Source: Candidatus Latescibacterota bacterium
GTDB taxonomy: Bacteria; Latescibacterota; UBA2968; GCA-2709665
DNA: 64,000 nt
Reading direction: 5' to 3'
Assembly (NCBI GenBank): GCA_965226795.1
Contig: CBDDDZ010000005.1
Coordinates: 896,001 to 960,000 of the forward strand
The notes under the pieces were generated by a model, which saw only the letters and a list, made by a program, of their open reading frames with translations, did not search any database and had not been told where the DNA came from. Positions 19,369 to 31,347 of this stretch are shown here, piece by piece. Every line of letters starts with the position of its first letter. The first letter of the stretch is position 1. Made by a program: the position numbers and the translations under genes.

Positions 19369-22300
19369 GTGGCGGACATCAATACTTCCAAGCGGCCCAC
19401 AGAGTTCAACTCGATCCGCATACAACTCGCTTCTCCGGAAACGATCCGGGGCTGGTCCCGCGGTGAGGTGACCAAGCCGGAAACCATCAATTACCGCTCG
19501 TTCAAGCCGGAACGGGACGGTCTGTTCTGCGAACGCATCTTCGGTCCGGTTAAGGATTGGGAATGCAGTTGCGGCAAATATAAGAGGATTCGCTACCGGG
19601 GTGTGGTCTGTGACCGGTGCGGCGTGGAAGTGACCCAATCCAAGGTGCGTCGTGAGCGGTTGGGCCATATCGAACTGGCGGTGCCGGTTTCTCATATCTG
19701 GTTCTTCAAGTCGCTGCCTTCCCGCATGGGTTATCTTCTGGATATTACAATTCGCAATCTGGAACGGATCATCTATTACGAGTCCTACGTTGTATTGGAT
19801 CCAGGCGACGCGCCCGATCTGAAGTATAAGGATCTTCTCTCCGAAGATGAAGCATTTGAACTCGAGGCCAAGGGGTACAACTTTAATGCGGATATGGGCG
19901 CGCCCGCGCTCAAAAAGTTGCTCAGCGAAATAGACATCGAAGAACTTTCCGCGGAGTTGCGCACCCAGGCGCGCATGGAAACCTCCGTTCAGCGCAAACA
20001 GGAGGCGTTGAAACGGCTCAAGGTGGTCGAGGCATTTCGCCAGTCCGACAACCATCCGTCATGGATGATTCTAGACGTGATTCCCGTTATTCCACCCGAC
20101 CTCCGCCCGCTGGTCCCCCTCGAGGGTGGACGGTTTGCCACGTCCGATTTGAACGATCTGTACCGGCGGGTCATCAACCGGAACAACAGGCTCAAGAAAC
20201 TGATCGAAATCAAAGCGCCGGAGGTGATCCTGCGCAACGAGAAACGCATGCTGCAGGAGGCCGTAGACGCGCTGTTCGACAATGGCCGACGGTCTAGAGC
20301 GGTGCGTGGCGACGGCAACCGGTCGTTGAAGTCACTCTCGGATCTACTTAAGGGAAAGCAGGGCCGCTTCCGACAGAATCTGCTCGGTAAGCGGGTCGAC
20401 TATTCCGGCCGGTCGGTAATTGTGGTCGATCCCCACCTCAAGCTGCATCAATGCGGGCTTCCGAAACACATGGCGCTTGAGTTGTTTAAGCCGTTTATCA
20501 TCAAGAAACTGGAAGAACGCGGGTTGGTCCAGACCGTGAAAAGCGCGAAAAAGCTGGTCGAGCGCGAACGGGTCGAGGTGTGGGATATTCTCGAAGATAT
20601 CATTCAGGATCACTACGTCCTGCTGAACCGTGCGCCAACGCTCCACCGGCTGGGCATCCAGGCGTTCCAGCCCGTGCTCGTGGAAGGGAAGGCGATTCGT
20701 ATCCATCCTCTGGTGTGCGCGGCGTTCAACGCGGACTTCGACGGCGACCAGATGGCCGTCCACGTGCCTCTGTCTTTCGAGGCGCAAATCGAAGCCCGCA
20801 TCCTGGTCATGTCTGCGAACAATATGCTCAAGCCCGCAGACGGATCCGCGGTGATCGTGCACAACCCGCAGGACATCGCCATGGGATGTTATTACCTGAC
20901 CAAAATGGTCCAGCAGCCCGACAAGAAGCAACTCAAGGCGTTCGGCAGCCCCAGCGAAGCGCTGGTCGCGCACGATTACGGGAAATTAGACCTCCACGAG
21001 GCCATTCGTGTGCGTGTCGACGGCACGCTGCTGACAACCACCGTAGGACAGGTGATTTTCAATGAAATTCTGCCCGATGGAATGCCCTATATCAATCAGA
21101 TGGTGGACAAGCCCGTGATACAGAGAGTAACCACCGACGTCCATCGGCGATTCGGCAATCGGGCAACCGTTGAATTTGCCGACGGCCTGAAGCGATTGGG
21201 TTATGACTACGCCACCCAGTCCGGTGTGACCGTTTCTATGGACGACGTCGTGGTTCCGCCCAAGAAGCAGGAACTCATCGACAGAGCCAAGGGCGAGGTC
21301 GATCGGATTCTGCAACAGTACATCCACGGCGTAATCACCGAAGGAGAGCGGTACAATAAAGTCATCGACGTCTGGCAGCACGCCACGAACAATATCGCTG
21401 AGATGATGAACGAGGCGCTGGAGCAATCCGAGGCAGGATTCAATTCGATCTACATCATGAAAGACTCCGGTGCTCGTGGCAGCGACGATCAGGTGAAACA
21501 GTTAGGCGGTATGCGGGGGTTGATGAACAAACCTCAGAAGAAGCTCACTGGTGCGATCGGGGAGATTATCGAAACGCCCATCCTTGCCTCCTTTAAAGAG
21601 GGTCTCTCGGTGCTGGAGTACTTCATATCCACGCACGGCGCGAGAAAGGGGTTGGCCGACACGGCACTGAAGACCGCCGAGGCGGGCTATCTCACCCGTC
21701 GTATGGTGGATGTGGCACAGGACGGAGTGACCGGTGAAGGGGATTGCGGCACCATAATGGGCATTGAACTCGAAGCGCTTAAAGAGGGTGAGGAGGTAGT
21801 CGAGCCACTGGCTGATCGTATCGTGGGCCGAACCCTGTTGGAAGATGTTTACGATCCGATCGGAGGCGAGATCATTGTGGAGAGTGGTATGCTCCTCGAC
21901 GAGGCATCCGCTGCCGAAATCGCCGATGCCGGTGTAGAACGGGTGAATGTACGTTCGGTATTGACCTGCGAAGCCCGCCGGGGCATCTGCGCCAAGTGTT
22001 ACGGTCGTAACCTCGCTACCGGAAGACTCGTTGACATTGGCGAGGCCGTCGGGGTGATTGCCGCCCAGAGTGTCGGTGAACCGGGCACTCAGCTCACGTT
22101 GCGTACGTTCCATATCGGCGGCACCTCCAGCCGCATCGCGGAACAGGCGGAAATCGTCGCCAAGCGGGCCGGTGTCGTGCGATTCATCAATATGGATTCG
22201 GTCGCCCGTCGCGACGGACAGCGCATTGCGGTGGGCAGGAACGGAGAGTTCGAGGTGCAGGACGACCAGGGTCGTCCTCGCGGCGGTCACTACTATGTGC

Positions 22301-23457
22301 CTTTCGGCGCCGCGATAAAGGTAGAAGACGAGCAGCCGGTTGACGAAAATCAGGTCCTTTACGAATGGGATCCCTATAACAACAATATCGTCTCCAACCG
22401 ACCGGGTATCGTCGAATTCGTCGACCTCGTCGAAGGGGTAACATACCGCGAAGAGGCCGACGAAACCACAGGTTTGGCGGCACAGGTGGTCGCCGAGCAC
22501 CGAGATCGTACGCTGTCTCCCCGGATTCGAATCGTCGACGCCGCCGGCAATGAAGTCGGTCATTACATCATCCCCGTCGGTGCGCGCCTCGTGGTGCACC
22601 ATGAGGATGAGATCGGCGCCGGAGATACTCTGGCGAAGATCCCGCGCGAGCGCAGCAAAACACGAGACATCACCGGTGGATTGCCGCGTGTCGCCGAACT
22701 CTTCGAGGCGCGGCGTCCCAAGGATCCGGCCGTAGTCAGCGAGATCGACGGTACTGTCAGTTTCGGCGGCCTCGTACGGGGTTCCAGGACCGTAATTGTC
22801 ACAACTGACGACGGCGAGGAACGGAAATATTCGATTCCCTACGGAAAACACCTCAGGGTTCAGGAGAAAGACCGGGTCCAGGCTGGTGAACAGTTGTCGG
22901 AAGGGTCGGTGAATCCACACGATATTCTACAAATCCAGGGCATCCAGGCGGTACAGGAATACCTCGTGAACGAAATCCAGGCCGTCTATCGCATGCAGGG
23001 CGTCCGGATCAACGACAAGCATATCGAGTGCATTGTGCGCCAGATGCTGCAGAAGGTCCAGGTTACTGATCCGGGCGACACCAATTTCCTGGAGGGAGAA
23101 ACGGTAGACCGTTTCCGCTTCCGGGACGAGAACGATAAGGTGATAGCCGAAGGCGGCGATCCGGCGACGTTTCAGCCGGTGTTGTTGGGTATTACAAGGG
23201 CCTCTCTGATGACCGAAAGCTTTATTTCCGCCGCGTCTTTCCAGGAGACCACGCGCGTATTGACAGAGGCCTCCGTCCAGGGCAAGATGGACGGCCTGCT
23301 GGGATTGAAGGAAAACGTGATCATCGGGCATCTGATTCCGGCCGGTACAGGTGCGGAACGGTATCGCGGGATTCGGTCGGTATCTCTCGAGAAGGAAGTC
23401 GACGAAGTTCCCGACGAGGGGCTTGAAAACGTCGGTCTTCCGCCGATAAATGCTTGA
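19369..23457 (+). CDS. rpoC: RNA polymerase beta' subunit
   Basis: [12 protein letters not shown] catalytic motif, N-terminal zinc finger, ASFQETT. Confidence 0.99.
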   Translation: MADINTSKRPTEFNSIRIQLASPETIRGWSRGEVTKPETINYRSFKPERDGLFCERIFGPVKDWECSCGKYKRIRYRGVVCDRCGVEVTQSKVRRERLGHIELAVPVSHIWFFKSLPSRMGYLLDITIRNLERIIYYESYVVLDPGDAPDLKYKDLLSEDEAFELEAKGYNFNADMGAPALKKLLSEIDIEELSAELRTQARMETSVQRKQEALKRLKVVEAFRQSDNHPSWMILDVIPVIPPDLRPLVPLEGGRFATSDLNDLYRRVINRNNRLKKLIEIKAPEVILRNEKRMLQEAVDALFDNGRRSRAVRGDGNRSLKSLSDLLKGKQGRFRQNLLGKRVDYSGRSVIVVDPHLKLHQCGLPKHMALELFKPFIIKKLEERGLVQTVKSAKKLVERERVEVWDILEDIIQDHYVLLNRAPTLHRLGIQAFQPVLVEGKAIRIHPLVCAAFNADFDGDQMAVHVPLSFEAQIEARILVMSANNMLKPADGSAVIVHNPQDIAMGCYYLTKMVQQPDKKQLKAFGSPSEALVAHDYGKLDLHEAIRVRVDGTLLTTTVGQVIFNEILPDGMPYINQMVDKPVIQRVTTDVHRRFGNRATVEFADGLKRLGYDYATQSGVTVSMDDVVVPPKKQELIDRAKGEVDRILQQYIHGVITEGERYNKVIDVWQHATNNIAEMMNEALEQSEAGFNSIYIMKDSGARGSDDQVKQLGGMRGLMNKPQKKLTGAIGEIIETPILASFKEGLSVLEYFISTHGARKGLADTALKTAEAGYLTRRMVDVAQDGVTGEGDCGTIMGIELEALKEGEEVVEPLADRIVGRTLLEDVYDPIGGEIIVESGMLLDEASAAEIADAGVERVNVRSVLTCEARRGICAKCYGRNLATGRLVDIGEAVGVIAAQSVGEPGTQLTLRTFHIGGTSSRIAEQAEIVAKRAGVVRFINMDSVARRDGQRIAVGRNGEFEVQDDQGRPRGGHYYVPFGAAIKVEDEQPVDENQVLYEWDPYNNNIVSNRPGIVEFVDLVEGVTYREEADETTGLAAQVVAEHRDRTLSPRIRIVDAAGNEVGHYIIPVGARLVVHHEDEIGAGDTLAKIPRERSKTRDITGGLPRVAELFEARRPKDPAVVSEIDGTVSFGGLVRGSRTVIVTTDDGEERKYSIPYGKHLRVQEKDRVQAGEQLSEGSVNPHDILQIQGIQAVQEYLVNEIQAVYRMQGVRINDKHIECIVRQMLQKVQVTDPGDTNFLEGETVDRFRFRDENDKVIAEGGDPATFQPVLLGITRASLMTESFISAASFQETTRVLTEASVQGKMDGLLGLKENVIIGHLIPAGTGAERYRGIRSVSLEKEVDEVPDEGLENVGLPPINA

Positions 23458-23482
23458 CAAGCAGACTTCAAATTGTTATAAT
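23454..23482 (+). promoter_or_regulatory. Consensus sigma70 promoter of the str operon
   Basis: TTGACA, 17 nt spacer, TATAAT with an extended TG; the -35 overlaps the rpoC stop codon. Confidence 0.85.
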
Positions 23483-23579
23483 AGAAGTCTATGGCTAAAT
23501 TTGACCGGACACGGCAATGTCGGCCGTCTGGATGGATTCGGCCGCGTTGTTCCGGATGTGAACCATACAGGAGGTTGTC

Positions 23580-23951
23580 TTGCCCACCATCAATCAGCTG
23601 GTGCGCAAAGGTCGTAAGCTGAAATCTAAGCGGTCATCTGCCCCCGCGTTGCGGGGATGCCCGCAAAAGCGGGGCGTCTGCACGCGTGTTTATACCACGA
23701 CCCCCAAGAAACCGAATTCCGCCCTCCGAAAGGTCGCCCGCATCCGCCTCACGAACGGGATGGAGGTCACAGCATATATCCCCGGCGAGGGACACAATCT
23801 TCAGGAGCACTCCGTTGTGCTCATCCGGGGTGGTCGGGTGCGGGATCTGCCTTCGGTTCGGTACCACGTTATTCGGGGCGTCCTGGACACGACCGGCGTC
23901 TCCGACCGAAAACAGGGCCGGTCCAAGTACGGCGCCAAGACGCCTCAATAG
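23580..23951 (+). CDS. rpsL: 30S ribosomal protein S12
   Basis: [23 protein letters not shown] start. Confidence 0.98.
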   Translation: MPTINQLVRKGRKLKSKRSSAPALRGCPQKRGVCTRVYTTTPKKPNSALRKVARIRLTNGMEVTAYIPGEGHNLQEHSVVLIRGGRVRDLPSVRYHVIRGVLDTTGVSDRKQGRSKYGAKTPQ

Positions 23952-24039
23952 GATCCGCAATCGTATGTAAAGGGTTTATTTCGGGGGATAACGCTGGACT
24001 GGGTTGTAGACGGTGTGTCCACCATGTTTTGAGGGCGTT

Positions 24040-24507
24040 ATGAGAAAAAAGCGTGCCGAAAAGCGAAAATTTTCACCCGATCCCAAATACAGCAGCGTTC
24101 TGCTGACGCAATTTGTCAACAGTCTGTTTCGGAAGGGCAAGAAGAGCATCGGCGAAAAAATCTTGTACAGTGCGCTGAACCAGATCGCCGATCAGACGGA
24201 CAAGACTGGGCTGGAGGTGTTTGAACACGCGGTCGAGAACGCCAAGCCGATCATTCAGGTGAAATCCCGGCGCGTGGGTGGGACGACTTACCAGGTCCCG
24301 GTCGAAGTACGGTCAGACGAGCGCCTTTCGCTTTCAATCGGCTGGTTGATTACGTTCGCGCGCAGCCGCGGTGAGAAAACTATGTCCCAGAGGCTTGCAG
24401 GTGAATTGACGGACGCGGCCAGCGGCCGGGGTCGGGCAATGCAACGAAGAGAAGAGACGCACCGCATGGCCGAGGCCAATCGGGCGTTCGCACACTATCG
24501 GTGGTAG
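24040..24507 (+). CDS. rpsG: 30S ribosomal protein S7
   Basis: [26 protein letters not shown]; start re-called to ATG 24040. Confidence 0.97.
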   Translation: MRKKRAEKRKFSPDPKYSSVLLTQFVNSLFRKGKKSIGEKILYSALNQIADQTDKTGLEVFEHAVENAKPIIQVKSRRVGGTTYQVPVEVRSDERLSLSIGWLITFARSRGEKTMSQRLAGELTDAASGRGRAMQRREETHRMAEANRAFAHYRW

Positions 24508-24512
24508 GGGAA

Positions 24513-26582
24513 ATGTCACGCAGAGAACAACTGGAACGGATCCGAAACATCGGCATCATGGCCCATATCGATGCGGGTAAGACCACAACGAGCGAACGGA
24601 TTCTGTACTATACGGGCCGCCTGCATCGAATGGGCGAGGTGCACGATGGGGCGGCTACAATGGACTGGATGGACCAGGAGCGCGAGCGGGGGATTACCAT
24701 TACGTCGGCCGCCACCACCTGTTTCTGGGATGGACACCGGATCAATATCATCGATACGCCCGGGCACGTGGATTTTACGGCCGAGGTTGAGCGGTCGCTC
24801 AGAGTTTTAGACGGAGTTATCGGGCTCTTCTGCGCCGTGGGCGGTGTGGAGCCCCAGTCGGAAACGGTCTGGCGCCAGGCCGACAAGTACAGGGTGCCGC
24901 GAATTGCTTTCGTTAACAAAATGGACCGTACTGGCGCGGATTTTTCCCGCGTGCTTGGAATGATGAGGGAACGTCTGGCTTCGAATTTTGTACCGGTGCA
25001 GATTCCGGTGGGCGCAGGCGAGTTGTTCACCGGATTGATCGATCTGGTGAAGATGAAGATGGTGTCCTATCAGGAAGACTCACTGGGCACGGTATTTACC
25101 GAAAGCGAAATTCCGCACGATTTGTTGGACCGCGCACAGACCTACCGAGAGCAGATGCTGGAGGCGGTCTCCGATTTCGACGATTCGCTGATGGAGAAAT
25201 TCCTCGAGGGCGAACCCATCGCCGACGAAGAAATCAGGCAGGCGCTCCGGCTGGCAACCATCAACGTGAGTGCGGTGCCGGTCTTCTGCGGATCGGCGTT
25301 CAAAAACAAAGGCGTCCAGCGCCTGCTTGACGGCGTTCGAGACTACCTGCCGTCGCCACTGGACGTTCCGGCGGTTAACGGTACCGATCCTGATTCCGGT
25401 GCGGACGTTGCCCGCGCGCCCTCCCACGACGAACCCTTCTCCGCGCTCGCATTCAAAGTCAAAACTGATCCTTATGTAGGTCACCTGACGTATTTCAGGG
25501 TTTATTCGGGTTGTCTCAAGACCGGTTCGTACGTCAGGAATTCCAACAAAGGAAAACGAGAGCGGATCGGCCGGGTTCTACAGATGCACGCCAACAAGCG
25601 CGAAGAAATCGACGAGGTCGTAACCGGAGATATCGCGGCCGCCGTCGGGCTGAAAGCGACCGCAACGGGTGAGACGCTCTGCGATCCCGACCATCCGGTT
25701 ATACTGGAATCAATGGAATTTGCAAAACCGGTCGTTTCCGTGGCCATCGAGCCCAGAACCAAAGCGGACCAGGATCAATTGGGGACCGCGCTCCGAAAGT
25801 TATCCGAAGAGGATCCCACGTTTCACGTTTCCGGCGACGAAGACACAGGACAGACGATAATTTCGGGTATGGGTGAATTGCACCTGGAGATCATTGTCGA
25901 CCGCTTAATGCGGGAATTTCGCGTGGCAGCCAACGTGGGCAAGCCGCAGGTGACCTTCAAGGAGGCGATTCGCAAGACCGTCCGGGTAGAAGGACGGTTC
26001 GTCCGGCAGACCGGCGGCCGGGGGCAGTGGGGGCATGTCTGGCTGGAGATGGGTCCGGGAGAACCGGGGAGCGGCCTCGTATTCGAGAATAAGATCGTGG
26101 GCGGGTCCGTGCCGTCCGAATATATCCCTGCGGTCCGACAGGGTGTTCAAGAGGCCACGCAGTCGGGCGTGTTGGCCGGATATCCCGTGGATGATGTGAG
26201 GGTCGTACTTTACGACGGATCGTACCACGATGTAGATTCTTCGGAAGTGGCGTTCAAAGTGGCCGCTTCCATGGCTTTCAAAGATGGCGTCCGGAAAGCG
26301 GACCCGTACCTGATGGAGCCCTTGATGGATGTTGAAGTGGTCGTTCCCGAAGACTATCTGGGCGATGTGATGGGCGACCTGAACGCACGCCGCGGACACA
26401 TCGTAGGCATTGTGATCCGTCCGGATGCCCAGGTGATTACGGCAACGGTACCCTTAACCGAAATGTTCGGTTATGCCACGCGTCTGCGGTCCTTAACCCA
26501 GGGGCGTGCGATCTATTCGATGGAATTTTCAAGGTTTCAGGAACTACCCAAAGCGCTCGCGCGGGAGCTCGCCGACAAGTAG
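24513..26582 (+). CDS. fusA: Elongation factor G
   Basis: [32 protein letters not shown]. Confidence 0.98.
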   Translation: MSRREQLERIRNIGIMAHIDAGKTTTSERILYYTGRLHRMGEVHDGAATMDWMDQERERGITITSAATTCFWDGHRINIIDTPGHVDFTAEVERSLRVLDGVIGLFCAVGGVEPQSETVWRQADKYRVPRIAFVNKMDRTGADFSRVLGMMRERLASNFVPVQIPVGAGELFTGLIDLVKMKMVSYQEDSLGTVFTESEIPHDLLDRAQTYREQMLEAVSDFDDSLMEKFLEGEPIADEEIRQALRLATINVSAVPVFCGSAFKNKGVQRLLDGVRDYLPSPLDVPAVNGTDPDSGADVARAPSHDEPFSALAFKVKTDPYVGHLTYFRVYSGCLKTGSYVRNSNKGKRERIGRVLQMHANKREEIDEVVTGDIAAAVGLKATATGETLCDPDHPVILESMEFAKPVVSVAIEPRTKADQDQLGTALRKLSEEDPTFHVSGDEDTGQTIISGMGELHLEIIVDRLMREFRVAANVGKPQVTFKEAIRKTVRVEGRFVRQTGGRGQWGHVWLEMGPGEPGSGLVFENKIVGGSVPSEYIPAVRQGVQEATQSGVLAGYPVDDVRVVLYDGSYHDVDSSEVAFKVAASMAFKDGVRKADPYLMEPLMDVEVVVPEDYLGDVMGDLNARRGHIVGIVIRPDAQVITATVPLTEMFGYATRLRSLTQGRAIYSMEFSRFQELPKALARELADK

Positions 26583-26675
26583 CAGTTGGGAGGTCCATTT
26601 CATTCTTCACGGCGGGCGACCCCGATAGCCCAATAAAGAGATTTTCGCGACGTATATTGTACAGGAGGAGGTGAC

Positions 26676-27872
26676 ATGGCAAAGGAGAAGTTTGACAGAA
26701 GCAAACCCCACGTCAACATCGGCACCATTGGACACGTTGACCATGGAAAAACGACGTTGACGGCGGCCATTACAAAAACGCTGGCCGCCAAGGGTTTGGC
26801 GGATTATATGGCCTTCGAAAAGATCGATAACGCTCCCGAAGAACGTGAACGCGGAATCACCATTAATACCGCGCATGTGGAGTATTCAAGTAAAAAGCGT
26901 CACTATGCCCACGTCGACTGTCCCGGACACGCCGATTACGTAAAGAATATGATCACCGGTGCCGCCCAGATGGATGGCGCCATCGTGGTGGTTAGTGCCG
27001 CCGACGGTCCGATGATTCAGACGAGAGAGCACATCCTGCTCTCCCGGCAGGTGAATGTTCCGTCTATTGTCGTCTACATGAACAAAGTGGATTTGGTGGA
27101 CGATCCCGAACTCCTGGAACTGGTGGAACTCGAGGTGCGGGAGCTTCTCAGCGATTACGATTTTCCCGGTGACGACGTTCCCGTGATTCGGGGGTCGGCG
27201 CTGCAGGCGCTCGAGGCCGACGATCCGGATTCAGAGGCCTGCGAATCCGTATGGGAACTGCTTGAGGCCGTAGACACCGCGATTCCGATTCCAGAACGCG
27301 ATTTCGACCGCGACTTCCTGATGCCGGTCGAAGACGTTTTTAGCATTACCGGCCGTGGGACGGTGGGAACAGGGAGAATCGAGCGGGGCGTTGTTCATCT
27401 GAATGAAGACGTGGAGGTCGTCGGTATCAGAGAGACGCGCAAGAGCGTTGTCACAGGAATCGAGATGTTCCGCAAACTGCTGGACATCGGGGAGACGGGA
27501 GACAACGTTGGTCTGCTGCTGCGTGGAATCGATAAGGAAGATCTCGAGCGGGGTATGGTCGTCGCCAAACCAGGGTCGGTAACTCCGCATACCAGGTTCA
27601 AGGGCGAAGTTTACGTGCTCACGGAAAAAGAGGGCGGTCGAAGCAAACCATTCTTTACAGGTTACCGACCGCAGTTTTATTTCAGAACCACAGACGTTAC
27701 GGGCGCGGTTCAGTTGCCAGAAGGTGTGGAAATGGTGATGCCCGGCGACAACATTACCGTAGACGTCGATCTTACTCCCCAGCCTATCGCCATCGAACCG
27801 CAACTTAGATTCGCGATACGTGAAGGTGGGCGGACAATCGGATCGGGCGTGGTCACCGAAATCCTGGAATAG
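26676..27872 (+). CDS. tuf: Elongation factor Tu
   Basis: [24 protein letters not shown]. Confidence 0.99.
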   Translation: MAKEKFDRSKPHVNIGTIGHVDHGKTTLTAAITKTLAAKGLADYMAFEKIDNAPEERERGITINTAHVEYSSKKRHYAHVDCPGHADYVKNMITGAAQMDGAIVVVSAADGPMIQTREHILLSRQVNVPSIVVYMNKVDLVDDPELLELVELEVRELLSDYDFPGDDVPVIRGSALQALEADDPDSEACESVWELLEAVDTAIPIPERDFDRDFLMPVEDVFSITGRGTVGTGRIERGVVHLNEDVEVVGIRETRKSVVTGIEMFRKLLDIGETGDNVGLLLRGIDKEDLERGMVVAKPGSVTPHTRFKGEVYVLTEKEGGRSKPFFTGYRPQFYFRTTDVTGAVQLPEGVEMVMPGDNITVDVDLTPQPIAIEPQLRFAIREGGRTIGSGVVTEILE

Positions 27873-27889
27873 CGTCGACGGAGGGGTCA

Positions 27890-28198
27890 GTGCCAGCACA
27901 GAAAATACGCATTCGATTGAAGGCTTACGATCACAATACCCTGGATCGGTCCGTCGACGAGATCGTGCGAACGGCGAAAAGGACCGGGGCGCTGATTTCC
28001 GGCCCCATTCCATTGCCTACCAAGCGTTCGTTGTATACGGTGCTTCGAGGCCCCAATATCGACAAGAAATCCCGGGAGCAGTTCGAAACCCGGGTGCATA
28101 AACGTTTAATCGACATTCACAACTCCACGCCGCAGACAGTGGATGCACTGATGAAATTGGATTTGCCGGCGGGGATCGACATCGAAATCAAGGCGTAG
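27890..28198 (+). CDS. rpsJ: 30S ribosomal protein S10
   Basis: [22 protein letters not shown]. Confidence 0.98.
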   Translation: MPAQKIRIRLKAYDHNTLDRSVDEIVRTAKRTGALISGPIPLPTKRSLYTVLRGPNIDKKSREQFETRVHKRLIDIHNSTPQTVDALMKLDLPAGIDIEIKA

Positions 28199-28202
28199 TG
28201 CC

Positions 28203-28829
28203 GTGTTGGGATTAATCGGAAAAAAAATCGGGATGACCCAGGCATACGACCAGGACGACAACTTGGTCCCTATTACCGTGGTTCAGGCGGGGCCATGTCC
28301 GGTCGTACAGGTCAAGGACGATGTGTCGGATGGATATCACGCCCTGAAACTCGGCTTCGGCGCCACCTCAGAACGGCGGCTCACCCGTCCAGTCCTCGGG
28401 ATTCTCAAGAAAGCCGGCGCTGGCCCACATCGCATCCTGGGGGAGTTTCGAGTAGAAGACACGTCGGAATATGAGGTCGGCCAGATCCTCGGTTCCGGCA
28501 TATTCGAGCCCGGCGAATACGTCTCGGTAACCGGGCGCACCAAAGGCAAGGGCTTTCAGGGCGGTGTCAAAAGGCACCACTTCAAGGGGGGCCCGAAAAC
28601 ACACGGGCAGTCCGACCGGCATCGGGCGCCGGGATCCATCGGTCAGAGTTCGGATCCCTCGCGTGTGTTCAAAGGGATGCGAATGGCCGGCCATATGGGC
28701 CATCGCCGGGAAACTGTGAAAGGGCTGATGGTTGTCCGGGTGGACAAAGAGCGCAACCTGTTGCTGCTCAAGGGCGCGGTACCTGGCCCCAGAGGCGGCA
28801 TCGTAAAGGTGCAAAAGCAGCGGAACTAA
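28203..28829 (+). CDS. rplC: 50S ribosomal protein L3
   Basis: GKKIGMTQ, KGKGFQG, HRAPGSIG. Confidence 0.97.
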   Translation: MLGLIGKKIGMTQAYDQDDNLVPITVVQAGPCPVVQVKDDVSDGYHALKLGFGATSERRLTRPVLGILKKAGAGPHRILGEFRVEDTSEYEVGQILGSGIFEPGEYVSVTGRTKGKGFQGGVKRHHFKGGPKTHGQSDRHRAPGSIGQSSDPSRVFKGMRMAGHMGHRRETVKGLMVVRVDKERNLLLLKGAVPGPRGGIVKVQKQRN

Positions 28830-29479
28830 TGGGAAACGATAATGTTATGGCATCAGTTGACGTAACAGACCTCCAGGGCGAGGTGGTGGGATCCGTCGAA
28901 CTCCCGGAGACGATCTTCGGGATTGAACCTTCTCACCCTGCCATCTATAATACGGTCAAGATGTATCTGACAAACCAGCGCCAGGGCAACGCCCATACCA
29001 AGACGCGCGCGGAGGTTCGGCGAAGCAAGCGGAAGCTGTATCGGCAAAAGGGCACGGGACGGGCGAGAGCTGGCACCGCATCATCTCCAATACGGGTTGG
29101 TGGCGGGGTTGCTCACGGCCCCAGACCGCGAGAGCTGAGCGAGCGCGTGTCCAAGAAAGTGCGGCGCTTGGCACTGAAATCGGCGCTTTCACTAAAGGTT
29201 CCGGACGGGGCGATCAAAGTGGTGGAAGACTTTACGTTTGACGCACCCAAAACAAAACATATGGCAGCGATGACGCAGGCCATACAGATAGACGATCGGA
29301 AGGTTCTTTTGCTCACGCCGGAGACGGCGCCGAATGTCCTGAAGTCATGTCGGAATTTATCCAACCTCCAGGTGCGGCCGGTAGTTCAGGTCTCGACATA
29401 TGATGTGGTCACTGCTGACGCGGTCGTCTTCACCAGGGAGGCCCTGGGAAGGCTGCAGGCCACCTGGGGGGCGGCATGA
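28829..29479 (+). CDS. rplD: 50S ribosomal protein L4 (start may be ATG 28847)
   Basis: RQKGTGRARAG, GGGVAHGP. Confidence 0.96.
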   Translation: MGNDNVMASVDVTDLQGEVVGSVELPETIFGIEPSHPAIYNTVKMYLTNQRQGNAHTKTRAEVRRSKRKLYRQKGTGRARAGTASSPIRVGGGVAHGPRPRELSERVSKKVRRLALKSALSLKVPDGAIKVVEDFTFDAPKTKHMAAMTQAIQIDDRKVLLLTPETAPNVLKSCRNLSNLQVRPVVQVSTYDVVTADAVVFTREALGRLQATWGAA

Positions 29480-29769
29480 AAAAAGACTTCAGAGATATCA
29501 TCCGCAGGCCGCTGATTACCGAACGGGCTTCCGAGCTCCAGGAAGATCACAACAAAGTCGTGTTTGTAGTTCGTGTCGATGCCAACAAGCTGGAAATCAA
29601 AAAGGCCGCTGAAATGATGTACAATGTAAGGGTGCTGAAAGTCAATACGTCATCCGTCTCTGGAAAGCTGAAGAAAATGGGTCGGTTTCAGGGCCGCCGT
29701 GCAAACTGGAAAAAGGCGATCATTACCCTTGCGGACGGTGACACCATAGACTTTTTCGGAGAATCCTGA
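29476..29769 (+). CDS. rplW: 50S ribosomal protein L23
   Basis: PLITE, ANKLEIK, WKKAIITL. Confidence 0.96.
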   Translation: MKKDFRDIIRRPLITERASELQEDHNKVVFVVRVDANKLEIKKAAEMMYNVRVLKVNTSSVSGKLKKMGRFQGRRANWKKAIITLADGDTIDFFGES

Positions 29770-29772
29770 TCA

Positions 29773-30591
29773 ATGCCTGTCAAATCGTTCCGACCGCTTA
29801 CCCCCTCGCTGCGGTTCAAAACCGTCTCCTCGTTTGAGGAAATTACACGATCTCATCCCGAGAAGTCACTCGTTGAGGCGAAGAAGAAGAGCGGTGGGCG
29901 AAACAATATGGGCCGCATCACGAGCCGCCACCGCGGCGGCGGCCATCGTCGACATTACCGCGTCGTTGATTTCAAACGCAACAAGTTCGGTATTCCGGCC
30001 AAGGCGAACTCGATTGAATACGATCCGAATCGCTCCGCCAGAGTTGCGCTTCTCCATTATGCGGACGGCGAAAAGCGGTATATTCTGGCGCCCACGGGTC
30101 TCGAAGTCGGCGCTCAGGTGGTTTCAGGCCCGGACGCAGACGTACGGCCCGGCAATGCGCTGCCTCTCGAGAATATCCCGCAGGGTACCCATGTTCACAA
30201 TGTCGAATTGCAGCCAGGTAAGGGCGGACAGTTGGGCCGGTCCGCCGGAACCGGAATTCAGATCATGGCCAAAGAGGGCAAATTCGCGCAACTCCGCCTG
30301 CCTTCCGGCGAGGTTCGCCTCGTGCCGGTGACGTGTTACGCTACCGTCGGACAGGTGGGAAATCAGGAACATGAAAACGTCGTCTTGGGAAAGGCGGGTC
30401 GCAACAGGTGGCTGGGGAAGCGGCCGTCGGTGAGGGGCGTGGCGATGAATCCCATCGATCATCCGCACGGAGGCGGGGAGGGACGTTCCTCGGGTGGCGG
30501 ACATCCGGTAACGCCCTGGGGGGTGCCCACGAAGGGATACAAAACGAGAAAACGCAAGAAACAATCCAACAAACTCATCGTGAGAAAATAG
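29773..30591 (+). CDS. rplB: 50S ribosomal protein L2
   Basis: [25 protein letters not shown]. Confidence 0.98.
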   Translation: MPVKSFRPLTPSLRFKTVSSFEEITRSHPEKSLVEAKKKSGGRNNMGRITSRHRGGGHRRHYRVVDFKRNKFGIPAKANSIEYDPNRSARVALLHYADGEKRYILAPTGLEVGAQVVSGPDADVRPGNALPLENIPQGTHVHNVELQPGKGGQLGRSAGTGIQIMAKEGKFAQLRLPSGEVRLVPVTCYATVGQVGNQEHENVVLGKAGRNRWLGKRPSVRGVAMNPIDHPHGGGEGRSSGGGHPVTPWGVPTKGYKTRKRKKQSNKLIVRK

Positions 30592-30620
30592 CGCAAGAGA
30601 TAACCTCCAGCGAGGATTTA

Positions 30621-30908
30621 ATGGCACGGTCGCTTAAAAAAGGTCCTTACGTGGACCAGGGCCTTCTGGCGAAGATCGACGGAATGAACAAATCGGGTAA
30701 TAAGCGCGTGATTCAGACGTGGGCTCGCCGTTCGACGATTTCTCCTGAATTTGTAGGGCATACGCTCGCGGTGCATAACGGAAATAAGTTCATTCCGGTT
30801 TACGTCACGGAGAATATGGTGGGTCACAAGCTGGGTGAATTCGCCCCTACACGTACTTTCCGGGGGCACACGGGAAGCCTCACCGAGCGTTCGACGGGGC
30901 TGAAGTAG
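30621..30908 (+). CDS. rpsS: 30S ribosomal protein S19
   Basis: [21 protein letters not shown]; start ATG 30621. Confidence 0.97.
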   Translation: MARSLKKGPYVDQGLLAKIDGMNKSGNKRVIQTWARRSTISPEFVGHTLAVHNGNKFIPVYVTENMVGHKLGEFAPTRTFRGHTGSLTERSTGLK

Positions 30909-30987
30909 GTTCGGTACACCTTGTGGCCCTTTGCCCCGCCTGTCGATGTTGGGCTGTGGGTATCGGCACGCGTGAGGAAGGATTTTG

Positions 30988-31329
30988 ATGACGGCCAGGG
31001 CAGTCTCCAGATATGTCAAGATTTCACCCCGAAAAGCACGACAGGTGGTGGATCTAGTGCGTGGTAAAGGGGTTGAAGAAGCGTTTCACATTCTTCAGTT
31101 TACACCCAAAAAGGCGGCCCGGATCGTGGAACGCACGCTGCGGTCGGCGGTGGCCAACGCCGCCAACACGGAGGCGTCTGCGGTAAGGGAAGAAGGCCTG
31201 TACGTTCATGAGGCGTTCGTGAACGGCGCGATCGCCTTTCGTCGGATTCGTCCAATGCCTCGCGGCGCCGCCGGGACTATCCGAAAACGCTGCAGCCATA
31301 TTACGCTGGTCGTATCAGACGACAATTAG
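30988..31329 (+). CDS. rplV: 50S ribosomal protein L22
   Basis: [26 protein letters not shown]. Confidence 0.96.
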   Translation: MTARAVSRYVKISPRKARQVVDLVRGKGVEEAFHILQFTPKKAARIVERTLRSAVANAANTEASAVREEGLYVHEAFVNGAIAFRRIRPMPRGAAGTIRKRCSHITLVVSDDN

Positions 31330-31347
31330 TCGTCGGGAGGATTTTAC

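Noticed and set aside
21502..22920. 472-aa minus-strand ORF (similar ones at 31315-32634, 49755-50981 and 4800-5813)
   Set aside because: Antisense or off-frame to well-supported genes; no protein-like motifs.
30589..30603. rplB TAG followed in frame by RKR-TAA, suggesting amber readthrough or recoding
   Set aside because: TAG terminates rpsG, tuf, rpsJ, rpsN and rpmJ at their canonical ends, so the standard code holds; at most a trivial C-terminal truncation.
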